The notes under the pieces were generated by a model, which was not told where the DNA came from, searched no databases, and was given only the letters and a program-made list of their open reading frames with translations. 64,000 bases of DNA from Eledone cirrhosa (taxonomy: Eukaryota): positions 15,624,001 through 15,688,000 of the forward strand of contig OZ024749.1 of assembly GCA_964016885.1 (NCBI GenBank), in the 5' to 3' direction. Within the stretch, counting starts at the first letter, position 1; each line of letters begins with the position of its first letter. This document shows, piece by piece, positions 48,290 through 62,900 of the stretch. The position numbers and the translations under genes are program-made.

Positions 48290-48363
<74 letters not shown>

Positions 48364-48428
48364 CAATAAAACAGAAGTCAGAGGTAGGTATCTGACTTCT
48401 GTCTTTTTTTCATTGTTCTATTCACAGA

Positions 48429-48489
<61 letters not shown>

Positions 48490-49632
48490 GAAGGAAGTGT
48501 GGTAAGGAACCAGATGGATCATAATGCACTAGAGTACTCAATACTTAGGGTAGTAGAGTTGGTAATAGGAAAAGAAAATGTTTAATCCCGACGGCAGAGC
48601 TCAAGCCGTTTCGACGGCTATTTCTAGACTCGACGCCAATTTCAGCCGTCGAAACGGTTTGAGCTCTGCAGTCGGGATTAAACATTTTCCTATATATATA
48701 TATAAATGACTCTGAAACCTGGGCAGATCTACTTCGAGGAAACCTTAAGTGGTGGTCACCTACTACAAGAACCAAAGACTACTGGTCACACCGCCTAATT
48801 TCGCTGCATCTATCTTTCCAAGGACACATTCAAGGACCCTAACCCTAACAACGTTATCAGCCTCACCACAGCCAGAGGAATACGATTTATATATATAGGG
48901 TGCATACACATTTGGTTGTACAGGTAATCAAAGTGTGTATACATTTTTGGGGACACCATGTATATATATATATATATATATGTTCGATATTAAGGGAAAA
49001 AGTGAGAAACGAGACTTACTTTAATAAAAACGAATATCAAAACTCTACTTCGGTATTGAGTACTACTTTCTCTCAGCTGTCAACCACACACACAAACACA
49101 TATACACACACACACACATATATATATACACACACATATATATATATATATATATACACACGCACATATATATGTATATACACACACACACACCTATATA
49201 TATATACACACACGCACATATATATATATATATACACACACACATATATATACACACACACATATATATATACACACACACACATATATATACACACATA
49301 TATATATATACACACACACACATATATATACACACACATATATATATATACACACACATATATATATATACACACACACATATATATACACACATATATA
49401 TACACACACATATATAAATAAATATATACACACACACATATATATACGCACACACATACCCCTCCCTCTACATCTACTGATATTACTATCATTACCACTA
49501 CTACTATTACACACACACATATATATATACACACACAGACATATATGTACACACACATATATACACACACACATATATATACACACATATATCCACACAC
49601 ACACATATATATATACACACACACACACAGAT

Positions 49633-49681
<49 letters not shown>

Positions 49682-49686
49682 TACAC

Positions 49687-49718
<32 letters not shown>

Positions 49719-49770
49719 CACTATATATATATATATATACATACACTATATATATATATATTCACACATA

Positions 49771-49849
<79 letters not shown>

Positions 49850-50059
49850 ACTATATATATATATACACACATACACTATATATATACACACATACACTAT
49901 ATATATATATAGACGCAGTGGCAGAAAGCAGTAGGTGTTTCCCAGATGACGGACCAGTTCCTACCTAATATATCACCTCTTTATGTTAAAGATGGCACAC
50001 TTCCAACTCAAATAGTTCACATGTAAGTACCCCCCCCCCCCCCCCTTCACACACTCACT

Positions 50060-50141
<82 letters not shown>

Positions 50142-50268
50142 ATATATAGAGAGAGAGAGTGATAAATATACATACAAATATACCACACAATTATAAATAC
50201 ACAAACACACACATATGTATATACACACACATATATACACATACAAACATACCTCCCTCCATCACACA

Positions 50269-50376
50269 CAGGGTGTCCCCCCAAAATATATACACACTTT
50301 CATTACACACTTTCTTTGTATAGGCAATATTTATTAGAATGCTATTGAAGTGTGTATACATTTTATTGGGACACCT

Positions 50377-50378
<2 letters not shown>
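50269..50378. mobile_element. Tc1/mariner-type MITE (half copy at ~48930-48960)
   Basis: TIRs CAGGGTGTCCC..TATACACACTT / AAGTGTGTATA..GGGACACCTTG followed by TA. Confidence 0.7.
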
Positions 50379-50417
<39 letters not shown>

Positions 50418-50511
50418 GAACATACGCACACACACACACACACACACTCACACACACATATCTATCTGTCTGTGTACATTTGTATGTTTATATATATATA
50501 TATACATATAT

Positions 50512-50596
<85 letters not shown>

Positions 50597-50667
50597 TACT
50601 CACGAACACAGACAGATAGTCAGAAGTTCTAGGAAGTTCTGCCCTACGTTAATGAAGTGTCATATTG

Positions 50668-50810
50668 TAAACTTCCGGCTGTAAATAGCTGTCGAAACGA
50701 GGAAGTTCCTGTTTGGATTCTGGCTTTTATTTCTGGCTTCGGCTGCGTTCTAAGAATATAAGAAAGTCTCCGATTCCCTGGCGTTCTTAATCTAGCAAAG
50801 TTAGGTAAGT
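50668..50810 (+). promoter_or_regulatory. Candidate promoter and non-coding first exon
   Basis: ACTTCCGG and GGAAGT ETS-type motifs, local CpGs, and a consensus donor AG|GTAAGT at 50805. Confidence 0.35.
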
Positions 50811-51056
50811 TTTAGAGAGAAGCAGGGGTGTGAGCGTGAGAGAGAGAGGGGAGAGAGAGAGAAGAAGAAGAGAGAGAGTGTGTGTGAAAAGAAATAGAGA
50901 GAGAGTGAGAGAAAAGAGAGAGTGTAGAGAGAGAGAGACAGAGAGCACGCAGGTGACAGAGAGAAAGAGAGAAAAGAAAGAGAGAGACTGAGAAAAAAGA
51001 GAGAGAAACTGAGAGAAAAGAGAGAGACAGGGAGCACGCAAGTGAGAGAATGAGAG

Positions 51057-51128
<72 letters not shown>

Positions 51129-52599
51129 CACCGTTTGTGTTCTGGTTTGAAAGTTTTACCAAAATGGCCACCACTGTTATGTAATCTTTTACTAGTGTTT
51201 TCTGTCTGTTCTTTAATTACTCTATGTTACCCAGACCGGAAGTTAATTACTACTACTAGAGATAGTACTACTACTACTACTACCACTACTATTACTACTA
51301 CTACTACCACTACTACTATTACTGCTGCCACTACTACTATTACCGCGACTACTCTCACTGAAACTGGCACTCCGTCGGTTAGAACGACGAGTGCTCCAAT
51401 TGATTGGATCAACGGAACAGCCTGCTCGTGAAATTAACGTACAAGTGGCTGAGCATTCCACGGACACGTGTACCCTTAACGTGGTTCTCAGGGAGATTCA
51501 GCGTGACACAGAACGTGACGTGTCTGGCCATTTGAATTACAGGTACACTCCATGTTTATAGTGCAAGTGGCTGAGCATTCCACTGACAAGTGCATCCTTA
51601 ACGTAATTCTCAGGGAGATTCAGCGTGACACAGAATGTGACAAGGCTGGTCCTTCAAATTACAAGTACAACTTATTTCTGCCAGCTGAGTGGACTGGAGC
51701 AACGTGAAATAAAATGTCTTGCTGGAGGACACAATGTGCCTCTGGGAATCAAACTCATGACCTTACGACTGTGAGTCGAATACCCTAACCACAAAGCCAC
51801 ATACCACTCCCTCTACAACTACTGATATTACTATCATTACCACTACTACTATTACACCCACTATTACACCCACTACACCACCACTATTACTACTACTATC
51901 AAGGGCGTGAGTTCGATTCCAAGATCGGACGGTGCATTGTGTCCTTGAGCAAGGCCCTTCGTTTCCCGTTGCTCAGTTGAAAATGAGTACCGCCAGAAGC
52001 AGCAGTCGCATTTGGGAGTTAACATTATGATGAACTGTCGTCTCGTCCAGTGGGTGGACCTTCCTCTCACAGCCGTCTTGAAGTCACACGAAATAAGGAA
52101 AAGCTAAGCCTCTAACTCTTCTAGGAAATAAGGGCAATTCTGTATCTATAAAGTTCCACAAGGCTTTGGCATTTTTATTTTCAATCACTTTTTCTGGTTT
52201 GTACTGGAACCATTTTTAAACATTTACAAAGCCGTACTTTCGACTTAAGCACATAGTAATCGATATATTGACTAATAGGTTGTGGTTATGTCACTAACTA
52301 TTTCTTCCACTTTAACTTATGCATCCTTTCATTTATTTATTTTATCCGATGGGAGCATCTGACTCTCACATTTCATCATAGTTCATTGTTTCTGAGAAAG
52401 AGGGTGTAATGGAACAGGGATTTCGAGACTAGAAATAGGTAGTGACATAACCAATACATACAAGTCAATATACCATGTGCTTAAGTCGAAAGTACGGCTT
52501 TAACCCTCTGAAACGATCGTAATCCCCCCCCCCCATGGGATCATCTGTCTCGCACATTTCAGCCTCTTTAGATATATCGCAAATAATATCATAGTTCTA

Positions 52600-52920
52600 A
52601 TAAAATGATATCATCTTCTGCTGAAGACGGTGTGCCGGAGTTGGTATACTTTATCGTGACACCTTTTACAATACTTTTGCACGAGCATTGTGCAGATATC
52701 CACAATGAATGTGATAGTTTCAACTCCCCACCACCTGCACATCTCTCAATCTAACTGATTGTAAATGTTATGCTGTAGTGAGTTTATGTTCAGTGCCTGG
52801 TCTTGGACAGTCATGAGCAAACCTTCCGTTTCCTGCTTCAAATCTCCTCTAATTAGTCAATTCCCTCACTTGCTTCTTTTAACATCCTTTCTGTCCCTCT
52901 CAATCTCACCAGCGATGCAA
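52600..52920 (-). mobile_element. Degenerate R4/Dong-type LINE C-terminal fragment
   Basis: Minus strand encodes GDLKQETEGLLMTVQDQALN, then CR..ETI..I..C, then RCHDKV. Confidence 0.7.
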
Positions 52921-52941
52921 AGGCATCGCTTCCCTGCTTTT

Positions 52942-52994
<53 letters not shown>

Positions 52995-53058
52995 ATATAT
53001 ATATAACAAAGAGAGAGAGAGGGAGGGGGGGTAGCAGTTGAACCTGGTAACTTCTCTA

Positions 53059-53136
<78 letters not shown>

Positions 53137-53248
53137 TAGAGAAGTTACCAGGTTCAACTGTTTCCCCCCCCTCTCTCTCTCTTTCTTATATATATATATA
53201 TATATAAGAGAGAGAGAGAGAGAGCTAAAAGCAGGGAAGCGATGCCTT
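52919..53248. repeat. Palindrome centred on a (TA)n tract
   Basis: 52919-53066 mirrors 53129-53248, including the (CT)n/(AG)n runs. Confidence 0.9.
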
Positions 53249-53352
53249 TATATATATAAGTTATTCCGGGTTGAATCGGAGGTAACCACAGTAAGTAAGA
53301 TACTCAATACATAGCAGAGTATAACAGTTTTAATATAGAAGAGCTTCTACAG

Positions 53353-53391
53353 GACTAGAACTGTTTCATTCGTGAGAAATCATCAGGAATC
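53353..53391 (-). ncRNA. Minimal hammerhead-like motif (family D; partial copy at 58927-59038)
   Basis: GATTC-CTGATGA-TTTC-TCAC-GAAT-GAAAC-A-G-TT/TC-TAGTC. Confidence 0.55.
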
Positions 53392-53407
53392 TGACCGGTC
53401 AGATTGG

Positions 53408-53451
<44 letters not shown>

Positions 53452-53491
53452 TCAAAATATTAACAAAAATAGACATTCGTGTGATCAAGTA

Positions 53492-53558
53492 TATTTTATT
53501 ATACATATTTCAGAGGTACTGAGCTAACTTCAACAGTACGTCCTCATCAGATAAAATA
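53492..53558 (-). ncRNA. Type-I hammerhead motif (family E; module 53448-54166 with inverted arm 53998-54069)
   Basis: TATTTTAT-CTGATGA-GGACGTACTG..CAGTACCTCT-GAAA-TATGTA-TA-ATAAAATA; 8-bp stem I and ~9-bp stem II. Confidence 0.8.
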
Positions 53559-54163
53559 AGATGATGCATGACATATCCTGACATAGTAGATGGTTAAGAT
53601 TCAGTCATGGTAGTGAATAAGATATGACAAAACTCAATATTTATATACCTTAAGATTGAGACATGAAAAAACTTACACATAATACAGAGGGTGCGTGTGA
53701 GAAAGCTTAAAAATACATAATAGCAATTTACATAACGGTTAGAGATTCAAATAATTTAAATTATTGAAGAAAGAAGAAAGACAGAGAGAAACAGATGAGG
53801 AGAAAATATAGTTACTAGAAGTATAGAAAGCAAAAGAGAATTGATCAAGGATAGAGAGACAAGGAGTAATAATTTTTATAGTATAAAGCATAGGGAGGGG
53901 TTTTGTATTGTCGTGGATGAATAGGGTGGGATTAGATAATGCAAAATTTTTATATATCTATACAAACACATGAATATACATTTAGGCATATCTTTGTGTA
54001 CCTCTGAAATATGTATAATAAAATATACGTGATCACACTAATGTCTATTTTTGTTAATATTTTGAATTAATATTAATAACTCCTGAAAACCATTACTGTT
54101 GAGTGCTTCCAATCTATTGTAAAACTCATTCTTTGATTTATTCATTGAACCTTGTTTAACCTT

Positions 54164-54200
<37 letters not shown>

Positions 54201-54670
54201 AATTAATATCATATATTTGCTAGCATTGATATGCATCTATATGTATATATATGTTACTAGATATTAATTCTTTATAATTATCTCCAAATTATTTGTCGAG
54301 CAATATTGGCCAAGACTGCTGCTATGGTAGCAGGCAGGCCGCTGTCTTCTTAACAAACCACTTTCCACTGATTGACCTCGATGTCACGTGATTGATTCTT
54401 TTGAATTAGCCACCGACGCAGTAGGCAGTGATTTTCTCAATGGCTAGGAATTCAGTCCACGCTTTGCTATTTTCTATCCACTGAATTATTTTTGTATAAG
54501 TTTCCAGAGTCCACGCTTTGCCTGGATACTTAGCTGAGAATAGACTTCCCTGACGACGAAATGCTTCTCTATATTTTCTTCGGAAAGTATATTTATTCCA
54601 TTTCAGAAACTAATTAGTTGGGAGTGAAATTTTAGTAAGTAAGTTAATTTTATAATTTTCTTATTTTACG

Positions 54671-54790
<120 letters not shown>

Positions 54791-54932
54791 TAATAAATTT
54801 GAAGACTAAAATCCAAAGAGGGCTCGATAAGGATAAATATATATCAAATATATAAGAACCGTAGAGCAAATATTTCAGAAGATCCCATTAAGGGTGAAAG
54901 CAGCGATTCTTTGCTTAAACTTTAATCTGTTA

Positions 54933-55007
<75 letters not shown>

Positions 55008-55148
55008 GAGGGTACCTTTACCTTTCGTCATTACGGGGTCGATAAAATAATGTACCTGTAATGTATTGGCGATTTAATCGACTTTCCCCATTCCCTTCCA
55101 ATTGCTGGCATTGTGTGTAAATCTAAAAACAACAACTACTACTAGTAA

Positions 55149-55218
<70 letters not shown>

Positions 55219-55567
55219 TTTTCGATATTACAAAAAAGAGAAAGAAATTACAAGATTGCTGTTTGATGCCAAAAAGTGAATAAAATAAGAAGCAATAGGA
55301 AAATAAGTAAATAAATAGAGAGCGAACAAACAGAAACAAACTGAACAACAACAACAGCAACTACTACAACAAGACGTTAATCTCCAATGACGTAATTAAG
55401 CTATTTTCAATGGTCATATATATATATATATACATGTAAAGTTATATTTAAAATTGTTGGGTTACAACTAGTAAATATTTATAACTGCTAGCGTAAACCT
55501 CTTCAAATGAAGTTGATGTTTATTACGGTATGTCGAATATATTTATCTATAAAACTGTTTATATTGT

Positions 55568-55631
55568 ATTTTGTCTGATGAAGGCATAGCATATTGTTAA
55601 TATGATATCCCCGAAATATATATAATGAAAT
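55568..55631 (+). ncRNA. Type-I hammerhead motif in a solo pLTR of the second Penelope-like element (module 55437-55674)
   Basis: ATTTTGT-CTGATGA-AGGCATAGCATATT..AATATGATATCCCC-GAAA-TATATA-TA-ATGAAAT. Inverted homologue of 60040-60187. Confidence 0.75.
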
Positions 55632-55674
55632 AAATATGGTTTTATAAATATAGTTTTCCATTTATTTAATATTG

Positions 55675-55711
<37 letters not shown>

Positions 55712-55975
55712 ACACACACATACATACACTCACAGACATTATATATAGGCCCTTGCCATTCTGAGTTCAAATCCCGCCGAGGCTAACTTTGCCTTTCATC
55801 CTTACGGGGTCGATAAAATAAAGTACCAGTAATGCTCTGGGTAATTTCTGGCCTTGTGCCAAACATAGAAAAAATTATATATATATATATTGTTATACTT
55901 GGGGAGGGTCATATTTGTGTAATATCGTTAGCTTGCCCGCAACCAGAGCTTCGATTATGCTGTACTACCTTCTTG

Positions 55976-56008
<33 letters not shown>

Positions 56009-56162
56009 TAGAATTGGAGCTCTGAAATAGCAATATATATATGGATGTATATAGAAATCTAGTAAATAATCAACAACCCCTCTGCATAATCAGCTCCTGA
56101 TTATTTACTAGATTTCTATAAGAATATAACATCAGTGATCTCGGTAGACAGGAGGGGTAGTT

Positions 56163-56206
56163 GGCCTTGATAAGCTTCAACCAAAGCGAAACAAGACTTG
56201 TCGGTT
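56163..56206 (+). ncRNA. Hammerhead with U3-A8 covariation
   Basis: GGCC-TTGATAA-GCTT-CAACCA-AAGC-GAAA-CAAG-A-CTTG-TC-GGTT. Confidence 0.75.
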
Positions 56207-56428
56207 TATCTCCCCTGTTTGCTGAGATTAAAGTAAGTGAATTTGTCACTACTTTAAAACAATAGCTTACGGTCTTCAAAATGCTTTTAATTAAGCATAA
56301 AATGTATTGCAAAATACATTATATATACATCCATATATATATAAAGAGAGAGTGGAATGTGTGAGTTTCATATAGAAATTGAACGAATAACAGAAAACAT
56401 TTACTGAGAAAGCACTCAACGCCGAGTG

Positions 56429-56509
<81 letters not shown>

Positions 56510-56526
56510 TACATATATACATATTA

Positions 56527-56559
<33 letters not shown>

Positions 56560-56620
56560 CATATATATACATATACATATATATATACACATATATATAT
56601 ATACACATATACATATATAT

Positions 56621-56689
<69 letters not shown>

Positions 56690-56802
56690 TATATACATAT
56701 GCATATATATATACATATATATATACACATATACATATATATATACATATACATATATATATACATATATATATATATACACATATACATATATATATAC
56801 AC

Positions 56803-56855
<53 letters not shown>

Positions 56856-56902
56856 CATATATATATACATATACATATATATATACATATATATATATAC
56901 AC

Positions 56903-57071
<169 letters not shown>

Positions 57072-57114
57072 CATATATATACATATATATATATATATAT
57101 TCGTATACACACAC

Positions 57115-57159
<45 letters not shown>

Positions 57160-57230
57160 CATATATACATATATATATATATACATATATATATATCCAG
57201 TGTTTATATATAAATACATATATATATATA

Positions 57231-58243
57231 TACTATATATATAGAGTTATAAACTCAAACAGTCTTTTACAATTAAATAGCTCAAAGAAAGAAGTATTTC
57301 TGAGCCGTGAAATACAAGTTAATATAAATTAATATATATGATAAACACTAATACAATCATATAAGTGTTTGTATTGTAAATGACCAAGTTAGCTAGATTG
57401 AAAAATACTAATTAGATTAATACAGTTTGCCTGCCTCGGTTTAAAATAATAAATCAATAAAAACAAACCCATATTGGCAATAGCCGTGGTACTTGGACAA
57501 ATTTAAATTTCAAAATCCAAACCTGTTCCGTAGATAAGTTTAAACTTCAAAACCCAAACAAGTTTCGATAATTGAAAAAGTGAAAAATTCCATCTTCCTT
57601 TCTCATCAGCAAGTACCCAGAAAATTGGTATGTTTCACCTCAGAATATTTAAGAGGACTGATCGACGCACATGGATTTTCAGCGTCTAGCTACCCCATAC
57701 TCGTGCTGCTAGAAATAACAGCCGTTTATATGGGACTAAAATTAGCTCAACAAAAGGAGCCGTTATACTATATATATAGAGTTATAAACTCAAACAGTCT
57801 TTTACAATTAAATAGCTCAAAGAAAGAAGTATTTCTGAGCCGTGAAATGCAAGTTAATATAAATTAATATATATGATAAACACTAATACAATCATATAAG
57901 TGTTTTTATTGTAAATGACCAAGTTAGCTAGATTGAAAAATACTAATTAGATTAATACAGTTTTCCTGTCTCGATTTAAAATAATAAATCAATAAAAACA
58001 AACCCATATTGGCAATATCCGTGGTACTTGGACAAATTTAAATTTCAAAATCCAAACCTGTTCCTTAGATAAGTTTAAACTTCAAAACCCAAACAAGTTT
58101 CGATAATTGAAAAAGTGAAAAATTCCAACTTCTGTTCTCATCAGCAAGTACCCAGAAAATTGGTATGTTTCACCTCAGAATATTTAAGAGGACTGATCGA
58201 CGCACATGGTTTTTCAGCGTCTAGCTACCCCATACTCGTGCTA
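57231..58243 (-). repeat. Tandem ~535-bp units (about 1.9 copies), each with a hammerhead-like motif
   Basis: 57231-57708 matches 57767-58243. Minus strand ACTTG-CTGATGA-GA...TC-GAAAC-TT-G-TT-TGGGT at 57552-57616 and 58087-58151. Confidence 0.85.
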
Positions 58244-58346
58244 TAATAAAGGAAACAAACACAACACTGGATATATATATATATATATGTACGTGGGAAA
58301 GTAAAAAATCGGAGAATAGACCGTTAAAACATGTTTATTTAAAACA

Positions 58347-58387
58347 GCACCTACGTACGTTTCGCCCAGTTGGGCATGTCAAGGGCA
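58347..58387 (-). ncRNA. Hammerhead-like motif, U3-A8 type, degenerate core
   Basis: CC-TTGACAT-GCCCA-AC-TGGGC-GAAAC-GTAC-G-TA-GG. Confidence 0.55.
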
Positions 58388-58511
58388 TAAATAATGAAAA
58401 GTGTTCCTTATATTGCTCGGAAAGAGTTTTTGGGGTTAAATCCACATCAAGGTTCATTGCTCGCAAAAATAGCTTGTGTTGATTTTGCAGCATATATATA
58501 CACATATACGC

Positions 58512-58683
<172 letters not shown>

Positions 58684-58753
58684 CACTCGCGTTGAGTGCT
58701 TTCTCAGTAAATTTTTTCTGTTATTCGTTTAATTTCTATATGAAACTCACACA

Positions 58754-58851
<98 letters not shown>

Positions 58852-59034
58852 AGAAGGTAGTACAGCATAATCGAAGCTCTGGTTGCGGGCAATCTAACGA
58901 TATATATATATATATATATATATATACGTTATTCCGGGTTGAATCGGAGGTAACCGCAGTAAGTAAAGGTACTCAATACATAGCAGAGTATAATGAATGA
59001 AACAGTTCTAGTCCTGTAGAATCTCATCTATATT

Positions 59035-59082
<48 letters not shown>

Positions 59083-59085
<3 letters not shown>

Positions 59086-59641
59086 GGGTTGGACAAAATA
59101 ATGGAAACACATAGCATCATAATTTTGAAATATCTATAAAGCTGCCAACAGCTTGTTTATTTTTATTGTTCTCGAGGTGGTCATTAAGCTCTGCAGTAAT
59201 TTTGGGAGCTGTACTTTTGTGAACCTTTCTAACAATTCGCGTATGAGTCGGACGGTCCCTATCTGAAAGTTTTGGTTTTTTTTCGGAGTTTTGTTTCGAC
59301 GAGGAGGTTTTTCCCTCTTTCTCAAAGGCTGTCATTACTTTCGAGACAGTACTTCTTGATACACCAAACATTTCGGCTGTTTTCGTTACGCTAGCGCCTG
59401 CTATATGAGCCCCAACAATTTGACCTCTTTCAAAGTACGATAGATCTGTCATTTTAATGAATTTTAATTACCTTTTTCTGATGATATCGGAAAAGAAACA
59501 GCAATTTTAACAAAACATATTATGCAACACTAATAATAAATAAAAAAACATAAAAATAAACAAGCTTTTGACGGTTTTATAGATATTTCAAAATTATGAT
59601 GCTATGATGCTAGGTGTTTCCATTATTTTGTCCAAGCCCTG
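59083..59641 (-). mobile_element. Internally deleted Tc1 transposon retaining the N-terminal HTH of the transposase (59117-59452)
   Basis: ~58-bp TIRs beginning CAGGGGTTGGACAAAATAATGGAAACAC, TA flanks, and MTDLSYFERGQIVGAH..FGVSRSTVSKV. Confidence 0.93.
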
Positions 59642-59658
59642 TATATATATATATAATG

Positions 59659-59690
<32 letters not shown>

Positions 59691-59757
59691 GATATAATGT
59701 CTGTGTGTATGTGTGTGTATATATATATATATATATGATCATTGAAAATATCTTAAT

Positions 59758-59806
<49 letters not shown>

Positions 59807-59821
59807 GTATATATATATATG

Positions 59822-59872
<51 letters not shown>

Positions 59873-59885
59873 GTATATATATATT

Positions 59886-59916
<31 letters not shown>

Positions 59917-59950
59917 GTATATATATATTTATATATATATATGTATATAT

Positions 59951-62900
59951 GGAAAGTTATATTTAAATTGTTGGGTTAACAACGAGTAAATATTTATAAC
60001 TGATATAAAAGCACTCAACAAGTATTTGGAGTATATTTATGATATTAAATAAATGGAAACTATATTTATAAAACCATATTTATTTCGTTATATATATTTC
60101 AGGGATATCATATTAACAATATGTTATGCCATCTTCAGACAAAATACAATATAAACAGTCTTATAAATAAATAGATACGACATACCTTTCAATCACCTTG
60201 CATTTGTGAGGTTGATTTGGCAGTAAAAAATTGTGGACAGTTGTAAAAAGAAAGAGATAAAGAGAGAAAGAAAGAGAAACGAAGAAAAAGAAGAAATGTA
60301 TGTGACTAAATAGAGGGATATAGAAAGATAGATAAAGAGAAGACCTTCATGTAAAGAAACAGAGAGAAATATATATAGAGAGAGGAAAAAAAAAAGAAAG
60401 AGATAGATAGAGATAGATAGAGAAATTAGGAAGTTGAGTATCGGTTGATACATTTATTTATTTATTTATTTATTTATTTAGCTCTAGTATTAATGTAAAG
60501 AGAAATGTATGTAGTTAAGAGAGAAAATAGCCGTTATATAGAGAGAAAAAAGAGAAAATGAAAAAGAGAAAATGAAACATAACCAGACATAAACGATGCA
60601 GAATTTAAAACCGCTATGTTTTATCCGTAGAAAATATTAGTTCGTATAAAACAGGCATTATAGTGAAAGTACCAGTATTCATGAATGAGACATGTATCTA
60701 TAATGTGTGAAAAGTAATGATCTTATGTCTAGTTTTTAAAAATTCATATGTTTATATCATAATTATAAACAAACTCCCAATTCACACGAAAACATTCTCA
60801 TTGTGCTATAAAAATTCAAGTATACATATATGTGTGTATATATACACATATAAATATAGTCTATATTAATTTTAATTTTAACAATACTATTCTTGTCTTT
60901 ATTCTACATGATTGTCGATCAAGCAGAAATAGAGAACAGATTTCAATATATTAATAAAAATAAAAATAAAAATATCAGAGACAAGAAAATAAATAAATAA
61001 ACAGAAAACTAAAACATTTAATATTAAAAATAAAAAATATTACAAAATATTAAAAAATATTAAAAAATAATACAAATAAAACACAGAGATCAGCCTTTCA
61101 AAGTTAATTGACAATATATTGCCAAGATCATCATAAGCATCAGAGTCGAAACAGATAAAACAAAAATTGTTTACCAAATCCTGTCTAGCAGAAATCATTC
61201 CAAAAGTTTAGGATACCCATTTGGTCTACATATGTTCTTATATATAATATAGAAGTTTATCTAGTTTAAAATTTAATTCGATATATTTGGAGCATCAGCT
61301 TTTAGGGTAGTTTAATTATTCATGAAGAATGTTTTAATAAAAAGAATGTTTTAATAAAAAGAAGAAATCGAAAGATTTATCGGCTAGTTTCATAAATAAT
61401 TACAAATCAAATCAAAACAAACATAACTACATTTTAAATTTAAATTTATATTTAAACGTTGAGTTCAATCTATGTCTGCAGCAACTGAATAAATTTGTCC
61501 GTAGATTAAGGGAATTTTTAGATTTTAGTATAAAGAATATCTCCTCCGCACAGAGGTCACATGTCTCAGAGGATGAATTAAAAGGAATCCCCCTTGAAAC
61601 TATATTCCAAGTCGTCGAATATCTAACGTTATCATGCCTAAGTTGCCAGAGTACGCCTGATAGTGCTGTTGAAGATTTTTTGGATGGATCTGTGAAAGAA
61701 TTCTTGTGGTTGTTATAGCGAAGTTTAAATTCCGTCGATGTAGAACCAACGTAGTTAAAAGAATTAATGTCCGTTTTAACATTACAGTTGTATATTATAT
61801 TTTTAACTAAGCAGTTGTTATTTAACGGACATTTAGATCTATCTCTACAGTTACATTTGTTAACTTGGATATTATTTATGGTATTATCGCTAGGTTTTAA
61901 GTTCCTGTTATTTATTCTATTAATATTTTGCGCTAAATTTTTGGTGGATGAGTAGGTTAGTTTTATAGTATGTCTATTGAAAATTGAGTGATACCTATGT
62001 GTTCTAGGGAAGCGATTATCGAGAGCTTTAAAAAATAGTTTAGCAATGTGGGTTTTAATGTTTAGTGAGAAAGGGGGGGGGGGGCAAACCATATTATATT
62101 CCTAGTTCTATTTCTTTTATGGCTTTTGGAATTATTGTAATGCTTTCTATTATAGTTGTTAAGGTTGTGGCCATAATTAAAATAGTTGTTATTTTGTTTA
62201 ATTTGTTTATCATTATCTATGTACATAATTTTATCACTATATCCTGCTCTAGCTAACGCTTCATTGTAATAATGGGCTTTTTCGTCGAAAATCTTTTTAT
62301 TAGATGAGATTCTAGAGATACGTGATTGAACAGAGTTTACTATAGTATTTTTAACAGATTTGGGGTGGTTAGAGTTAAAGCTGACATAGTTTAAGTTTTC
62401 ATTCAACTTGTGAAATGGATAGTGAAGACATGTGTTGAGATTTAATGTTATATCTAGGAAGTTGACTATTCTATGGTTATTCTCAATTTCTATTTTTAGA
62501 TTAAAGTGATTAAAAAATTGTGTAATTTGTTTCCTATGCAGCGAATTGATTAAAAATAAGCCCACAAGGTCAGTTACCTGAGCTGAGTCGGATGATCCCA
62601 TAGTAATGTCAAAATTGTTATCTCTATCTGCTCGGGTCCATAGTTGGTCATTAAATTCTATCAATGTTTTCCTAGCCGATAATATAATGTGCATTTCATT
62701 GCAAGTTAGGTCTGTATGTTTGAATGCGTAATTTAGTGCCTTATTTAGTAGATTAGGGGTAATGGAAGAATAATAGTTAGCAATATCAAGTTGAATAAAC
62801 TTATTATTATTGTTATATTTAATTTGCTTAAACCACTCAACAACCTCACCAGTTCCCTTCCACAAGCTCAGGTTAGGTAAACAACTCAAGTTTTTAATTT

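Noticed and set aside
48836-48849. Telomeric (CCCTAA)2
   Set aside because: Only two units; not enough evidence for an interstitial telomere.
51135-51431. Signal peptide plus Thr-rich mucin-like ORF
   Set aside because: Non-ATG start, Thr run from an (ACT)n microsatellite, and the end runs into a SINE.
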